The position numbers and the translations under genes are program-made. Positions 36,513 to 44,552 of a stretch of DNA of 52,700 nt are shown piece after piece. The stretch is from Candidatus Jorgensenbacteria bacterium (GTDB taxonomy: Bacteria; Patescibacteriota; Minisyncoccia; UBA6257; GWB1-50-10). The stretch lies in assembly GCA_043797305.1 (NCBI GenBank), contig JAZDPW010000034.1, positions 1-52,700 of the forward strand. The letters are read 5' to 3'. Each line of letters opens with the position of its first letter. The first letter of the stretch is position 1. A model generated the notes under the pieces. It was given only the letters and a program-made list of their open reading frames with translations. It was not told the DNA's origin and made no database searches.

Positions 36513-36908
36513 CTATTCCACTATAATCTTGCCGAAGTTTTTAGCGTCTAAGTGGTCGTGGTAATCCCAGCTGCCGGCCTCGTTAAAAGTAAAGAACCAG
36601 GAACCGCCGGCGGGAATGGCCCGGCAAGCGTCAAATATTTTCGACTCCTCGGCCGTGCCGCACTTTTCGATATCCGAACCCGGATAAACTTTATGAGTAG
36701 GATGCATCGCCGAAGTCGGCCAAAAGTCCGTCGAGCTCCGGTTTTCGAAAACAACCGTGTCGCCGACCCGAACCGAAAGCGAAACCGGTGAAAAACCGCT
36801 GTCGGTAAGAACGACCGTTTTCGTCACGGACGCTCCTTGAGGAATTGAGGTTTCGGCCGGCGATTTGTCCGATTGGCCCGCAACCAGAAACACAACGACA
36901 ATAACCAA
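36513..36908 (-). CDS. Cupredoxin/plastocyanin-like protein (start uncertain, possibly 5'-truncated)
   Basis: GFSP..L.V.VGDTV.F.N, HPTH, F.F...G.W.YHDHL; only a TTG start, inside the TM segment. Confidence 0.75.
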   Translation of the reverse strand: MVIVVVFLVAGQSDKSPAETSIPQGASVTKTVVLTDSGFSPVSLSVRVGDTVVFENRSSTDFWPTSAMHPTHKVYPGSDIEKCGTAEESKIFDACRAIPAGGSWFFTFNEAGSWDYHDHLDAKNFGKIIVE

Positions 36909-36922
36909 GATAACGTTTGAAA

Positions 36923-36951
36923 AAAATCCCGCCCTCGAAGGGCGGGATTTT
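36923..36951. terminator. Bidirectional intrinsic terminator
   Basis: AAAATCCCGCCCT-CGA-AGGGCGGGATTTT. Confidence 0.8.
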
Positions 36952-36966
36952 AAAACAAGCGCAGAG

Positions 36967-37035
36967 TTATCTTCTCCTTCTCTTCTTCGCTGTCTTTCTC
37001 TTCTTCGGCGCTGTCTTTCTTCTTTTTCCTGCCAT
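36967..37035 (-). CDS. 22-aa Lys/Arg-rich peptide (protamine/histone-tail-like)
   Basis: MAGKRRKTAPKKRKTAKKRRRR; upstream TATAAT (37103-37108), downstream terminator. Confidence 0.7.
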   Translation of the reverse strand: MAGKRRKTAPKKRKTAKKRRRR

Positions 37036-37138
37036 TTTCTTTTATATATTTGCGACAGTCGACCAAGTTGCCGCCAAGTTCTAAAAATCGTCTTACATCT
37101 TAATTATATACCTTTAGGTTACGTGCTTTATAAAATTC

Positions 37139-37255
37139 TGTGGATAACTCCGACGCTCCGTCCAAAGTATTGGAAGTCGGAGTCCGACTGAAGCGTCGGA
37201 CTTCGCGAAAATTTTAAAAACGGAATTTCTCGCGGGATTTTTCCGCGAGATTGGC
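37139..37255. repeat. Single DnaA box followed by REP-like palindromes
   Basis: TGTGGATAA (37139-37147); TCCGACGCT...AGCGTCGGA; TCTCGCGG...CCGCGAGA. Confidence 0.55.
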
Positions 37256-37398
37256 AATAATTCCTCGATTTAGTTCGATTATTTAGGAGTAAAGAGAATA
37301 TCTTTCTCGTTTATCGCGCCCTCATCCCGATTAAAAACGACGCGGGTCCCGGAGTTGAAAAACTCACGGGACCCGTTGCTTGGCGCGGACACGTCTCG

Positions 37399-37821
37399 TC
37401 ACCCGACGATGCCAAGGACCGCTGCGTTTTCACGGAGCCCGGCACGCCCCTTGTCGTCTACCTCGAGGCCGTCCCGGTCGAAGAGACGGGCGGGTATCTT
37501 CGCCGCCCGGAACTCATCCACCCTCTTTGAAGCGAGGAGAAGGCCTTGAAGCTTTCTGCGCGCCCTGTGGTCTTGCACCGCCAGCCCTCCGCGCTGTTCG
37601 GGAACCCGCTCGCGACGGACGATCATCCTGCCGCGCGGCAGCCGGATCAAGAACACAACCTCGCACAGGACGACGGTGGTGCTGCCCAACATACCCTTCT
37701 CGGTCTTGGAGCTGAGCTCCACCCTCAGTTCCACCGTCGTGGGAGAACCAGCACCCTTCGCGAGCTTAAGAATCTCGCTGAAACTCGCTGGCTTTCGCCG
37801 GAAGAAATCCACGATGCTCAT
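37399..37821 (-). CDS. High-GC hypothetical protein
   Basis: ORF from MSIVDFFRRK with GC-rich codons; downstream hairpin CGGGTCCCG...CGGGACCCG. Confidence 0.55.
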   Translation of the reverse strand: MSIVDFFRRKPASFSEILKLAKGAGSPTTVELRVELSSKTEKGMLGSTTVVLCEVVFLIRLPRGRMIVRRERVPEQRGGLAVQDHRARRKLQGLLLASKRVDEFRAAKIPARLFDRDGLEVDDKGRAGLRENAAVLGIVG

Positions 37822-37926
37822 ATACCCGCCTTGTTGAAAGTCGCTTGGACCACACGCCCAAGCTCTGCTCATAGGAAAGCACTTCACGCCATAAAAATCA
37901 AGGCACGGCAAGCCCCGCGCCAAAAA

Positions 37927-38367
37927 TCAGGAAGCGAATCTGATGATGATAAACGAACCGAGGAAAACCAGAATACCCCCGATAAAGAAATAAATATTCG
38001 GAGTAGAACGGAAAAGAATGTAGCTGAACAACACGACGAAAAACGGATACGATATTTCGATTATCGAGGCGATGGAGGCGTTTAAACCTCTGATGCTGGA
38101 GAGAATAAAAAAATTAGCGAGGGTTGCTAAGGCAACGGTAAAAATGATTAAGAGCCAGTTTGTCTTTCCAACAGCGAGAATGTTGTTCGTCAAACCGTTA
38201 CTGAAAAATATGAGTGGCAGAACGATTATTGTGGCAACTATTGCATGGATAAACAAAAGAGTCATCGGTGCAACATCGGAAAGAACTTTTTGGTCTATCG
38301 TGTAAATAAATCCCCAAAGAACCGCCGCGCCTATTGCATAAATAAAACCTGTTTCCATTTTTTTCAT
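37927..38367 (-). CDS. EamA/DMT family transporter (single domain)
   Basis: Five TM segments, AAVLWG, ASIASIIEISYP, GGILVFLG. Confidence 0.88.
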   Translation of the reverse strand: MKKMETGFIYAIGAAVLWGFIYTIDQKVLSDVAPMTLLFIHAIVATIIVLPLIFFSNGLTNNILAVGKTNWLLIIFTVALATLANFFILSSIRGLNASIASIIEISYPFFVVLFSYILFRSTPNIYFFIGGILVFLGSFIIIRFAS

Positions 38368-38393
38368 CTAGTTAATTTACCGACAAATTCTTT

Positions 38394-39380
38394 TTAATGT
38401 TTGGTTAATTCTAATTTTATACTTTTACCTTCAACAATTAGACTGGCCTCGCCTCCAATAGGAAAGGTAATCTTGGGGTCGGTGTGTCCAAAATCAATGT
38501 TTGCAATAACAGGCAATTTATCCAAATCATTTTTCGTTTTGATTATTTTAACCAGAAGTTCGTTCGTTATTCCGCTTGCCTTCTGAAATCTACCTATCAC
38601 AATGCCCTTAACACCGCCAAAACTCGGAAGATGAACAAGCGACTGTAAATCTCGGTCAAACGTATGCGGCAACAATTCTTCGTCATCCTCAATAAACAAA
38701 ATCGAATCTTGTAAGTTGGGGAAATACTCGGTGCCCTGCAATAGGTTGAAAGTGCAAAGATTCGCTCCGAGAATAGTGCCCGAAGCCGTACCTTCATTGA
38801 TGACGAAGAAACCGCCGTTCTTGATGAGGTTTCTCTCTCTTTGGTTTTTATACCAGGAATCATCACTCCATTGTTCGCTGGGAATAATCGCAAGCTGGTT
38901 TTCTGAAAAAAGACACTTCTTGAAATATTCTAAAGTGTAATCGAAATAAAGTTCTTGACCGAAGGTTGAATAGTGAGGTCCAGAATATGAAATCAATCCT
39001 GTTTTAGCAAAAATCGCATTATTTAAGGCGGTTATGTCGGAGTAACCGCAAAATATTTTTGGGTTATTTTTTATTAAATCCCAATCCAGGTATTTTAATA
39101 ACTGGTTGCTGTTAAAACCCCCGATAACCGTAATAATAGCTTTAACGTTTTTATCACGGAATGCGTCGTGTAAATCCTCCACGCGGGATTTCACATTAGA
39201 AGACGAAAATTCGTCTTTCTCTTCTGAATGTTTCCCAAAACTGAGTTTTAGTCCTAAACTCAAGAACCTATCGTTGGCAATTTTTCTCGATTCTTCTGAT
39301 ATAATCGCCAAAGAACGGGAGGGGGCAATAACCCTTACTTCGTCACCGGCTTTTAATTTTGTTGGATAAATTTTTCTCAC
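38394..39380 (-). CDS. S66 LD-carboxypeptidase / MccF-like peptidase
   Basis: VIAPS, IGGFNSN, GYSDITAL, LFIED, DFGHT. Confidence 0.93.
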   Translation of the reverse strand: MRKIYPTKLKAGDEVRVIAPSRSLAIISEESRKIANDRFLSLGLKLSFGKHSEEKDEFSSSNVKSRVEDLHDAFRDKNVKAIITVIGGFNSNQLLKYLDWDLIKNNPKIFCGYSDITALNNAIFAKTGLISYSGPHYSTFGQELYFDYTLEYFKKCLFSENQLAIIPSEQWSDDSWYKNQRERNLIKNGGFFVINEGTASGTILGANLCTFNLLQGTEYFPNLQDSILFIEDDEELLPHTFDRDLQSLVHLPSFGGVKGIVIGRFQKASGITNELLVKIIKTKNDLDKLPVIANIDFGHTDPKITFPIGGEASLIVEGKSIKLELTKH

Positions 39381-39384
39381 AAGT

Positions 39385-39468
39385 TTTTATCAATTCTTAA
39401 ATTGGAACATCCAATGCTTTGGCAATCCTGACGACCATGTGTATTGACGGTGTCTGTTTGAAAATATC
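39385..39468 (-). pseudogene. Remnant of an XRE/Cro-C1 HTH regulator
   Basis: Manual translation ...QTPSIHMVVRIAKALDVPI*ELIK matches an XRE C-terminus, with an internal stop; N-terminal part absent. Confidence 0.6.
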
Positions 39469-39499
39469 CGAACCGAACCGGAGCGGAAAGGACGATTTT

Positions 39500-39564
39500 C
39501 CTTCAACTTCGTTCAGGATGGTGAGCTTGGACTTCGACCGAGCTCAGTCGAGGTCTCGAATCCA
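39500..39564. repeat. Nested REP-like palindrome (CTTCGAC..GCTCAG family)
   Basis: CCTTCAACTTCGTTCAGGATGGTGAGCTTG[GACTTCGACCGAGCTCAGTCGAGGTC]TCGAATCCA; shares CTTCGAC-nn-GCTCAG with 25970. Confidence 0.65.
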
Positions 39565-39630
39565 CAAGTTTTTCGCGGGCGGTAGCCCGCTAACAAAATC
39601 ATAAATAACCCTGTTTTTTGGCGACAACAA

Positions 39631-40695
39631 TTAAATCACCACTTGCGGTTCCCACTGATGTTTCGCAGGGTCAAAGCCCTGACCACAAATAGTTTCCAGG
39701 AGTGCGGTAAAAACCTGATACGGATCGAGGTTTGCCGCCGGCCGACGATCTTCCAGGTAGCCGCGTTTTTGTTGTGCAGTCATCGCCGGGATGCGAATCG
39801 AGGCCCCACGATCAGAAACCCCATAACGGAACTGACGAATGCTGCATGTTTCGTGCTTACCGGTAAGTCTTTTATCGTTGTCTGCCCCATAAACAGCAAT
39901 GTGTTGCTTATGGAATTTACCCAATTTCTTGCATGCTGCTTCGATCGCCTTGATCCCTCCTTTCTTCCGCATGGCCTTGGTAGAGAAATTCGTATGACCG
40001 CCCGCTCCATTCCAATCTCCCGGCATGGGTTTTGGATCAAGTTTTGCATAAACCTTATGGTTCTCTCCTAAACGATAGAGCAACCACCGCGCCAGCCACA
40101 GCTGATCGGCTGCTTCCAATGGTGGAAGTGGTCCAATTTGAAATTCCCACTGTGACGGCATGACTTCCGCATTCACTCCAGAAATTACAATCCCTGCAGC
40201 AAGGCATGCCTGTATATGCTCTTCAACCACCGGCCGGCCGTACACTTCATCGACACCAATACCGCAATAATAACGACCTTGCGGATGTGGAAAACCATGC
40301 TCTGGCCAGCCAGTCGGATGGTTATTGTGATACAACGTATACTCCTGCTCGATCCCCGCCCATGGTTCTTCCTTGGCGAATTTTGCTGCGACTTTTTTGA
40401 GTACTGCACGTGTATTTGTAGGGTGCGGCGTACCGTCAGCTTGGAGCACCTCACACATGACAAGTGCGTGTGGTTTACCTCGGACAGGATCGGATACGAA
40501 GTACACCGGTTGCAAGAGACAATCGGAAAAATGCCCCTCGGCCTGCTCTGTGCTTGACCCATCAAAGCTCCACAAAGGGATATCTGAAAGTCGCTCTATT
40601 GGGCCGTCTATAATCTTCGTCTTAGAACGCAACTTCGCGGTTGGTTTTCTACCATCCATCCAAATATACTCTGCCATGATATTGTTTTTTTGCAT
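39631..40695 (-). CDS. glnII: Glutamine synthetase type II
   Basis: AEYIWMDG, LRSKTK, WSFDGSST.QA, GIEQEY, NAEVMPSQWEFQIGP, DWNGAG.HTNFST, RLTGKHET, RGASIRIP, YLEDRRP. Confidence 0.95.
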   Translation of the reverse strand: MQKNNIMAEYIWMDGRKPTAKLRSKTKIIDGPIERLSDIPLWSFDGSSTEQAEGHFSDCLLQPVYFVSDPVRGKPHALVMCEVLQADGTPHPTNTRAVLKKVAAKFAKEEPWAGIEQEYTLYHNNHPTGWPEHGFPHPQGRYYCGIGVDEVYGRPVVEEHIQACLAAGIVISGVNAEVMPSQWEFQIGPLPPLEAADQLWLARWLLYRLGENHKVYAKLDPKPMPGDWNGAGGHTNFSTKAMRKKGGIKAIEAACKKLGKFHKQHIAVYGADNDKRLTGKHETCSIRQFRYGVSDRGASIRIPAMTAQQKRGYLEDRRPAANLDPYQVFTALLETICGQGFDPAKHQWEPQVVI

Positions 40696-40786
40696 AACAA
40701 TTGAAAATAAAGTTTTTATACGTTCCCTTAACTAATTAACTCCTCAATTATAACACCTAATCTCTTTGCAATTTTTGCCATAGTTA

Positions 40787-40963
40787 GCGGAAGGGGCGAG
40801 GAATCGAACAAAATTTTGTATTCACAAAATTTTCTAAAACCCAGCGGTTTTAGTATTTCCGCTACGGGAAAACTCCTCCTTCGATCCCGAGGGTCTCAGG
40901 ACCGAGGGGCGTTTTCCCGACCCCTGCCTGCCGGCAGGCAGGCCTTTCCCGTTTGAATCTCGC
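40787..40963 (-). repeat. tRNA-Ser-linked structured element ending in a duplicate of the tRNA 3' end
   Basis: GCGGAAGGGGCGAG at 40787 is identical to 41013; several hairpins; inserted CCTGCCTGCC|GGCAGGCAGG (40923-40942). Confidence 0.75.
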
Positions 40964-40969
40964 CTGAAG

Positions 40970-41010
40970 ATATACAAAAAGCATATCACAAGGATATGCT
41001 TTTTGTATAT
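40970..41010. terminator. Terminator-like hairpin after tRNA-Ser
   Basis: ATATACAAAAAGCATATC-ACAAG-GATATGCTTTTTGTATAT. Confidence 0.7.
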
Positions 41011-41100
41011 TGGCGGAAGGGGCGAGATTCGAACTCGCGGTGCCATTTCTGACACACAGTCTTTCCAGGACTGCCATTTAAACCACTCATGCACCCTTCC
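41011..41100 (-). tRNA. tRNA-Ser(GGA)
   Basis: GGAAGGG...CCTTCCGCCA; anticodon arm CAGTC-CTGGAAA-GACTG; long variable arm; GTTCGAATC. Confidence 0.96.
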
Positions 41101-41151
41101 CCTAGCGGGATTGCGATTTGTAGCTTCGTTTCACTCAGACAAATCGGGAAC

Positions 41152-41832
41152 CTATTTAATAATAGTGCCTTTGAAATCTTTATTGTTCAATAGCGCCTCC
41201 AAATTTTTCAAATCCTTGCCGGAGAGCACAACCGAAACAAGTTTGTTTTTTTCGGCGAAGCGGGCGGCCACCGGGTCAACGGGCGCATGCGAACTCGGCT
41301 TCCATTTTGCCGGAATCAACTTTCGGTAACGGCGCCAGGTGATTTCGGGAATGTGTTCGGCGTCATCGTGCTTCATGAAATCTTTGGTGTAAACTCCGTC
41401 CGGTTTTCCGACAATGACGAATTCCTCCACGCCGAAGTCGTGGGCGAGCACTGATGCCACATAATCGGTGGACCAGCCCGGCCGCCAGCCCGAGGCAATG
41501 GTTACGGGAAACCTGAGCTTCCCGATTCTGTGACGACCGTCAATCACCACCGGGTCGGCGATGTCCCGAAAAATGGTTCGCAAAAGATGGGCGTTCGAGC
41601 GAGTGGCGTGAATGCCCAGCCAATCCTTGTCTTCGTTTTTGACGGTCGTTACTTTTGCCGCCGCTTCAACATACATCCGGCTGAGGCGCCCGCCGCCCAC
41701 CACGATTACGAACTTTCTTCCTTTCTTTATCTGCCGCAAGACAAACGAACGAAATTGCCTCAAAAAACCCCAATCAATGTGATCGGGGAAAACAACGGAG
41801 CCGCCGAGGGCTATGACTATGGTTTTTTTCAT
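41152..41832 (-). CDS. pyrH: UMP kinase (archaeal-type)
   Basis: LGGSV, VVGGG, D.LGI.ATR.NA, PGWSTD, PVDPVA. Confidence 0.92.
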   Translation of the reverse strand: MKKTIVIALGGSVVFPDHIDWGFLRQFRSFVLRQIKKGRKFVIVVGGGRLSRMYVEAAAKVTTVKNEDKDWLGIHATRSNAHLLRTIFRDIADPVVIDGRHRIGKLRFPVTIASGWRPGWSTDYVASVLAHDFGVEEFVIVGKPDGVYTKDFMKHDDAEHIPEITWRRYRKLIPAKWKPSSHAPVDPVAARFAEKNKLVSVVLSGKDLKNLEALLNNKDFKGTIIK

Positions 41833-41841
41833 TTTAGATTC

Positions 41842-42417
41842 TTAGAGACTGTAGGTTATAAGACTTATTAAAGCAAGCCCGACCGCCGCGTAAAGAATGT
41901 ATTCAGCCGCCAAAATCAAAAAACCGAAGGGGAGAATGGAATAAAGAAGCACAAGCGAGACGCCCACCGACTGCGTGAGCATTTTTGACTTCCCCCACCA
42001 ATTCGACAAAACTTGTTTTTGCCCGAAATTCCTGAAGTAGTAACCCGCGCCTATCATAAACATTTCGAGAAAAATAATCGTGAAGGCGAGCCGCGGGTCC
42101 AAAAACTTCGGCAAAATAAGAAAGATGGAAAAGCCGATGAGCAGCTTGTCGGCCACGGGGTCGTAAACCGTACCCCATTCGGTAACCCGATCGGTGGTGC
42201 GGGCAAGCGCGCCGTCTAAAGCGTCCGAGAAAGCGGAAATCACGAAAAGAATAAAAGCCCATTTGTATTCGCCGATCGAAATAAAAAAAGCGACGAAAGG
42301 AACGGTGAAAAAACGGAAAATCGTGATTTGGTTGGGCGTGACCTGCGGCGGGAAAAGCTTAAGAACGGTTGCGACAAACAACTTATCCAGCTTTGTTACT
42401 TTAAAAGGGTCTGTCAT
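41842..42417 (-). CDS. CDP-alcohol phosphatidyltransferase (PgsA-like)
   Basis: TPNQIT.FR, DALDGALAR...G...DPVADK; start MTDPF overlaps the htpX stop (ATGA). Confidence 0.9.
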   Translation of the reverse strand: MTDPFKVTKLDKLFVATVLKLFPPQVTPNQITIFRFFTVPFVAFFISIGEYKWAFILFVISAFSDALDGALARTTDRVTEWGTVYDPVADKLLIGFSIFLILPKFLDPRLAFTIIFLEMFMIGAGYYFRNFGQKQVLSNWWGKSKMLTQSVGVSLVLLYSILPFGFLILAAEYILYAAVGLALISLITYSL

Positions 42418-43331
42418 TTTAAAACGGACATTCCCCGCAAAGCCATGACTCTTTCTTCGACCGGCGGATGCGTCATGAATAATTTGTGGAGCCACGGCGT
42501 TTTTTTACGACCGTCAATACCGTGAGTGAACGGGTCGTCAAACCAAAGATGGGCGTTTGAGTTTGCCGCCCCGGGTAAAGGCCGCGGGTCTTTTGAAATT
42601 TTCGTAAGAGCGCTAGCTAGTCCTTCCGGGTAACGGGTCAAAAGCGCGCCCGAGGCGTCGGCCAAGAACTCGCGCTTGCGGGAAATCGCAAGTTGGATCA
42701 GCATCGCCGAAATCGGCGCAAGAATTGAAAAAGCAATCCCTATAAGAAGCATAATACCGCCCGCGCTATCCCGCCGACCTCTTCCAAAACTACGCCAGAA
42801 CATTGAACGCAAAAATATGTCGGACAAAATTGCTATAAACCCGACCAAAATCACGGCCACGGTGGAAACGAGCATATCGCGGTTGCCGATATGAGAAAGT
42901 TCGTGAGCGATAACTCCTTCAAGCTCTGAACGGTCAAGCCGTTCCAAAAGTCCCCGCGTGACGGCTACCACCGCATGTTCGGGATCGCGGCCGGTCGCAA
43001 AAGCGTTCGGCGCCGCCTCGTCTATCAAATACACTTTGGGCATCGGAAGACCGGCCGTAATGGAAAGATTTTCCACGATGTTCCAGAGTTCGCGGGCGTT
43101 CTCTCGGGTAACGGGCCGGGCTCTGGTCATCCGGAGCACGATTTTGTCGGAATGCCAATAGCTTATAAAACTCATAAGAACCGAAAAAATCACCGCAACG
43201 TATAAAATTACCGGACTGCCGTAAGCCTGCGAGAAAATCCAGCCCAGACCGATAACTACGGCGAAAAATAACATGAACAAAAGCCACGTTTTCCTGATAT
43301 TGGAAGATTTGTTAGCGTATAGATCGGCCAT
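42414..43331 (-). CDS. htpX: Zinc metalloprotease HtpX
   Basis: PNAFATGR, HELSH, SRKREFLAD, THPPVEER. Confidence 0.95.
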   Translation of the reverse strand: MADLYANKSSNIRKTWLLFMLFFAVVIGLGWIFSQAYGSPVILYVAVIFSVLMSFISYWHSDKIVLRMTRARPVTRENARELWNIVENLSITAGLPMPKVYLIDEAAPNAFATGRDPEHAVVAVTRGLLERLDRSELEGVIAHELSHIGNRDMLVSTVAVILVGFIAILSDIFLRSMFWRSFGRGRRDSAGGIMLLIGIAFSILAPISAMLIQLAISRKREFLADASGALLTRYPEGLASALTKISKDPRPLPGAANSNAHLWFDDPFTHGIDGRKKTPWLHKLFMTHPPVEERVMALRGMSVLK

Positions 43332-43332
43332 T

Positions 43333-43887
43333 CTAGAACCTGACTTTCACCGGTTCTTTTTCGAGCTCTTCTTTAGTTTCAAAAAATTCCTCCTTGCCGA
43401 ATTTAAACATCCGGGCAATGAGGTTAGAAGGGAAAGACTCGGTTTTGGTATTTAGGTCGCGCACCTGACCGTTGTAAAAACGGCGCGCCGCCTGAATTTT
43501 GTTCTCGGTGTCGGAGAGCTCCCGCTGAAGATCAAGAAAGTTGGCGTTCGCTTTCAGGTCCGGGTAATTTTCCGAAAGGGCGAAAAGGGTTTTCAAGGTA
43601 TCGGTGAGCATGTTCTCGGCGCCGGCCTTCTCGCGCAAATTCCCGGCCCCCATCGCTCTCGTTCTTGCCTCCGTCACTTTTTCCAAAGTTCCCCGCTCAT
43701 GTTTTACATAACCCTTCACGGCTTCCACCACGTTCGGAATCAAATCGTAGCGACGCTTCAGTTGAACCTCGATGTCCGAGAGCGCCTCTTTCACTCTGTA
43801 GCGCAAACGAACGAAACCGTTGAAAATGAAAACCGCCCAAAGAAGAATAACTCCGACGATTATTAAAATAATGGTGGTCGTGCTCAT
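43333..43887 (-). CDS. lemA: LemA family protein
   Basis: IEVQLKRRYDLIPN, ENYPDLKAN, ENKIQAARRFYN, FPSN. Confidence 0.95.
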   Translation of the reverse strand: MSTTTIILIIVGVILLWAVFIFNGFVRLRYRVKEALSDIEVQLKRRYDLIPNVVEAVKGYVKHERGTLEKVTEARTRAMGAGNLREKAGAENMLTDTLKTLFALSENYPDLKANANFLDLQRELSDTENKIQAARRFYNGQVRDLNTKTESFPSNLIARMFKFGKEEFFETKEELEKEPVKVRF

Positions 43888-43921
43888 GGCTTAATTATAC
43901 ACCATTCCGCGCCGAAAGACC

Positions 43922-44395
43922 TTAATCGAAAATTAACATCTCCGTTCCCCGAGTAATACCGAATTCCTCGGCTTCTTGTTTGGAAGGGTACCAAACATCA
44001 ACCCAGTTGCAACTGTAGCGGGAGTGTTTTCTGTCTTGAACGATAAAAATTTTGTCGCCGAAAAGCTCGGGAATCTGAACTTCCGTGCCGTAAGACAAGC
44101 AGTTGTTGGCTATTATCCCATCCTCTACCGTTGCCCCGGAGGCGGTAATGAAAGGCGTATTGTCGGTTTCGTCAACGCTTGAGGAATAAGCCGTTAAAAT
44201 CACTTCTGCCGTCTGGTAAGGCGGCCGGTCGTCGGCAACGGCTATCATCGGAAAAAGACCCCTTACGGGGGTAATGATGCCTACTGCCACAAGCACAACC
44301 GAAATACAGCTTGAAATTATCTTCTTTTCCACCCAGTGAAAGGCCTTCCTTACCCAGGCAGAATCTTTTGTTCCAAAAAAAATAGCCCGTTTCAT
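43922..44395 (-). CDS. 3D-domain (MltA-like) protein
   Basis: TAYSS...TD.TPFITASG, IANN.L..GT.V, VQDR, VDVW; GGAGG SD before ATG 44395. Confidence 0.85.
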   Translation of the reverse strand: MKRAIFFGTKDSAWVRKAFHWVEKKIISSCISVVLVAVGIITPVRGLFPMIAVADDRPPYQTAEVILTAYSSSVDETDNTPFITASGATVEDGIIANNCLSYGTEVQIPELFGDKIFIVQDRKHSRYSCNWVDVWYPSKQEAEEFGITRGTEMLIFD

Positions 44396-44409
44396 AGGCT
44401 TATCCTCCC

Positions 44410-44437
44410 ATTGTACCACCCTCACCCCGAAAGTCAA
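44410..44437 (-). promoter_or_regulatory. Sigma-70 promoter of the 3D-domain gene
   Basis: TTGACT-16 nt-TACAAT with extended -10 TGn. Confidence 0.65.
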
Positions 44438-44465
44438 CCCCCCACATAAGTATTTATGTGGGGGG
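44438..44465. mobile_element. 28-bp empty derivative of the GIY-YIG element
   Basis: CCCCCCACATAA-GTAT-TTATGTGGGGGG flanked by TCAA / TTAA; arms match the 28008 TIR core CCCCCACATAA. Confidence 0.7.
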
Positions 44466-44477
44466 TTAACCCCCCAT

Positions 44478-44508
44478 CCAAAAACCCTCATTTTATGAGG
44501 GTTTTTGG
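44478..44508. terminator. Intrinsic terminator after groL
   Basis: CCAAAAACCCTCAT-TTT-ATGAGGGTTTTTGG. Confidence 0.7.
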
Positions 44509-44552
44509 GGTTTTATATTCGCATGTGCCTTTTCGCGGGGGCTATTCGCATA

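Noticed and set aside
37139-37147. DnaA box as oriC (also 3938-3946)
   Set aside because: Isolated single boxes with no cluster and no dnaA/dnaN in the window.
40834-41094. 86-aa ORF containing LPAGRQG
   Set aside because: Translation of tRNA-Ser and palindromic repeats.
44396-44491. N-terminal extension of the 3D-domain protein
   Set aside because: It crosses the terminator, mini-element and promoter; the SD supports 44395.
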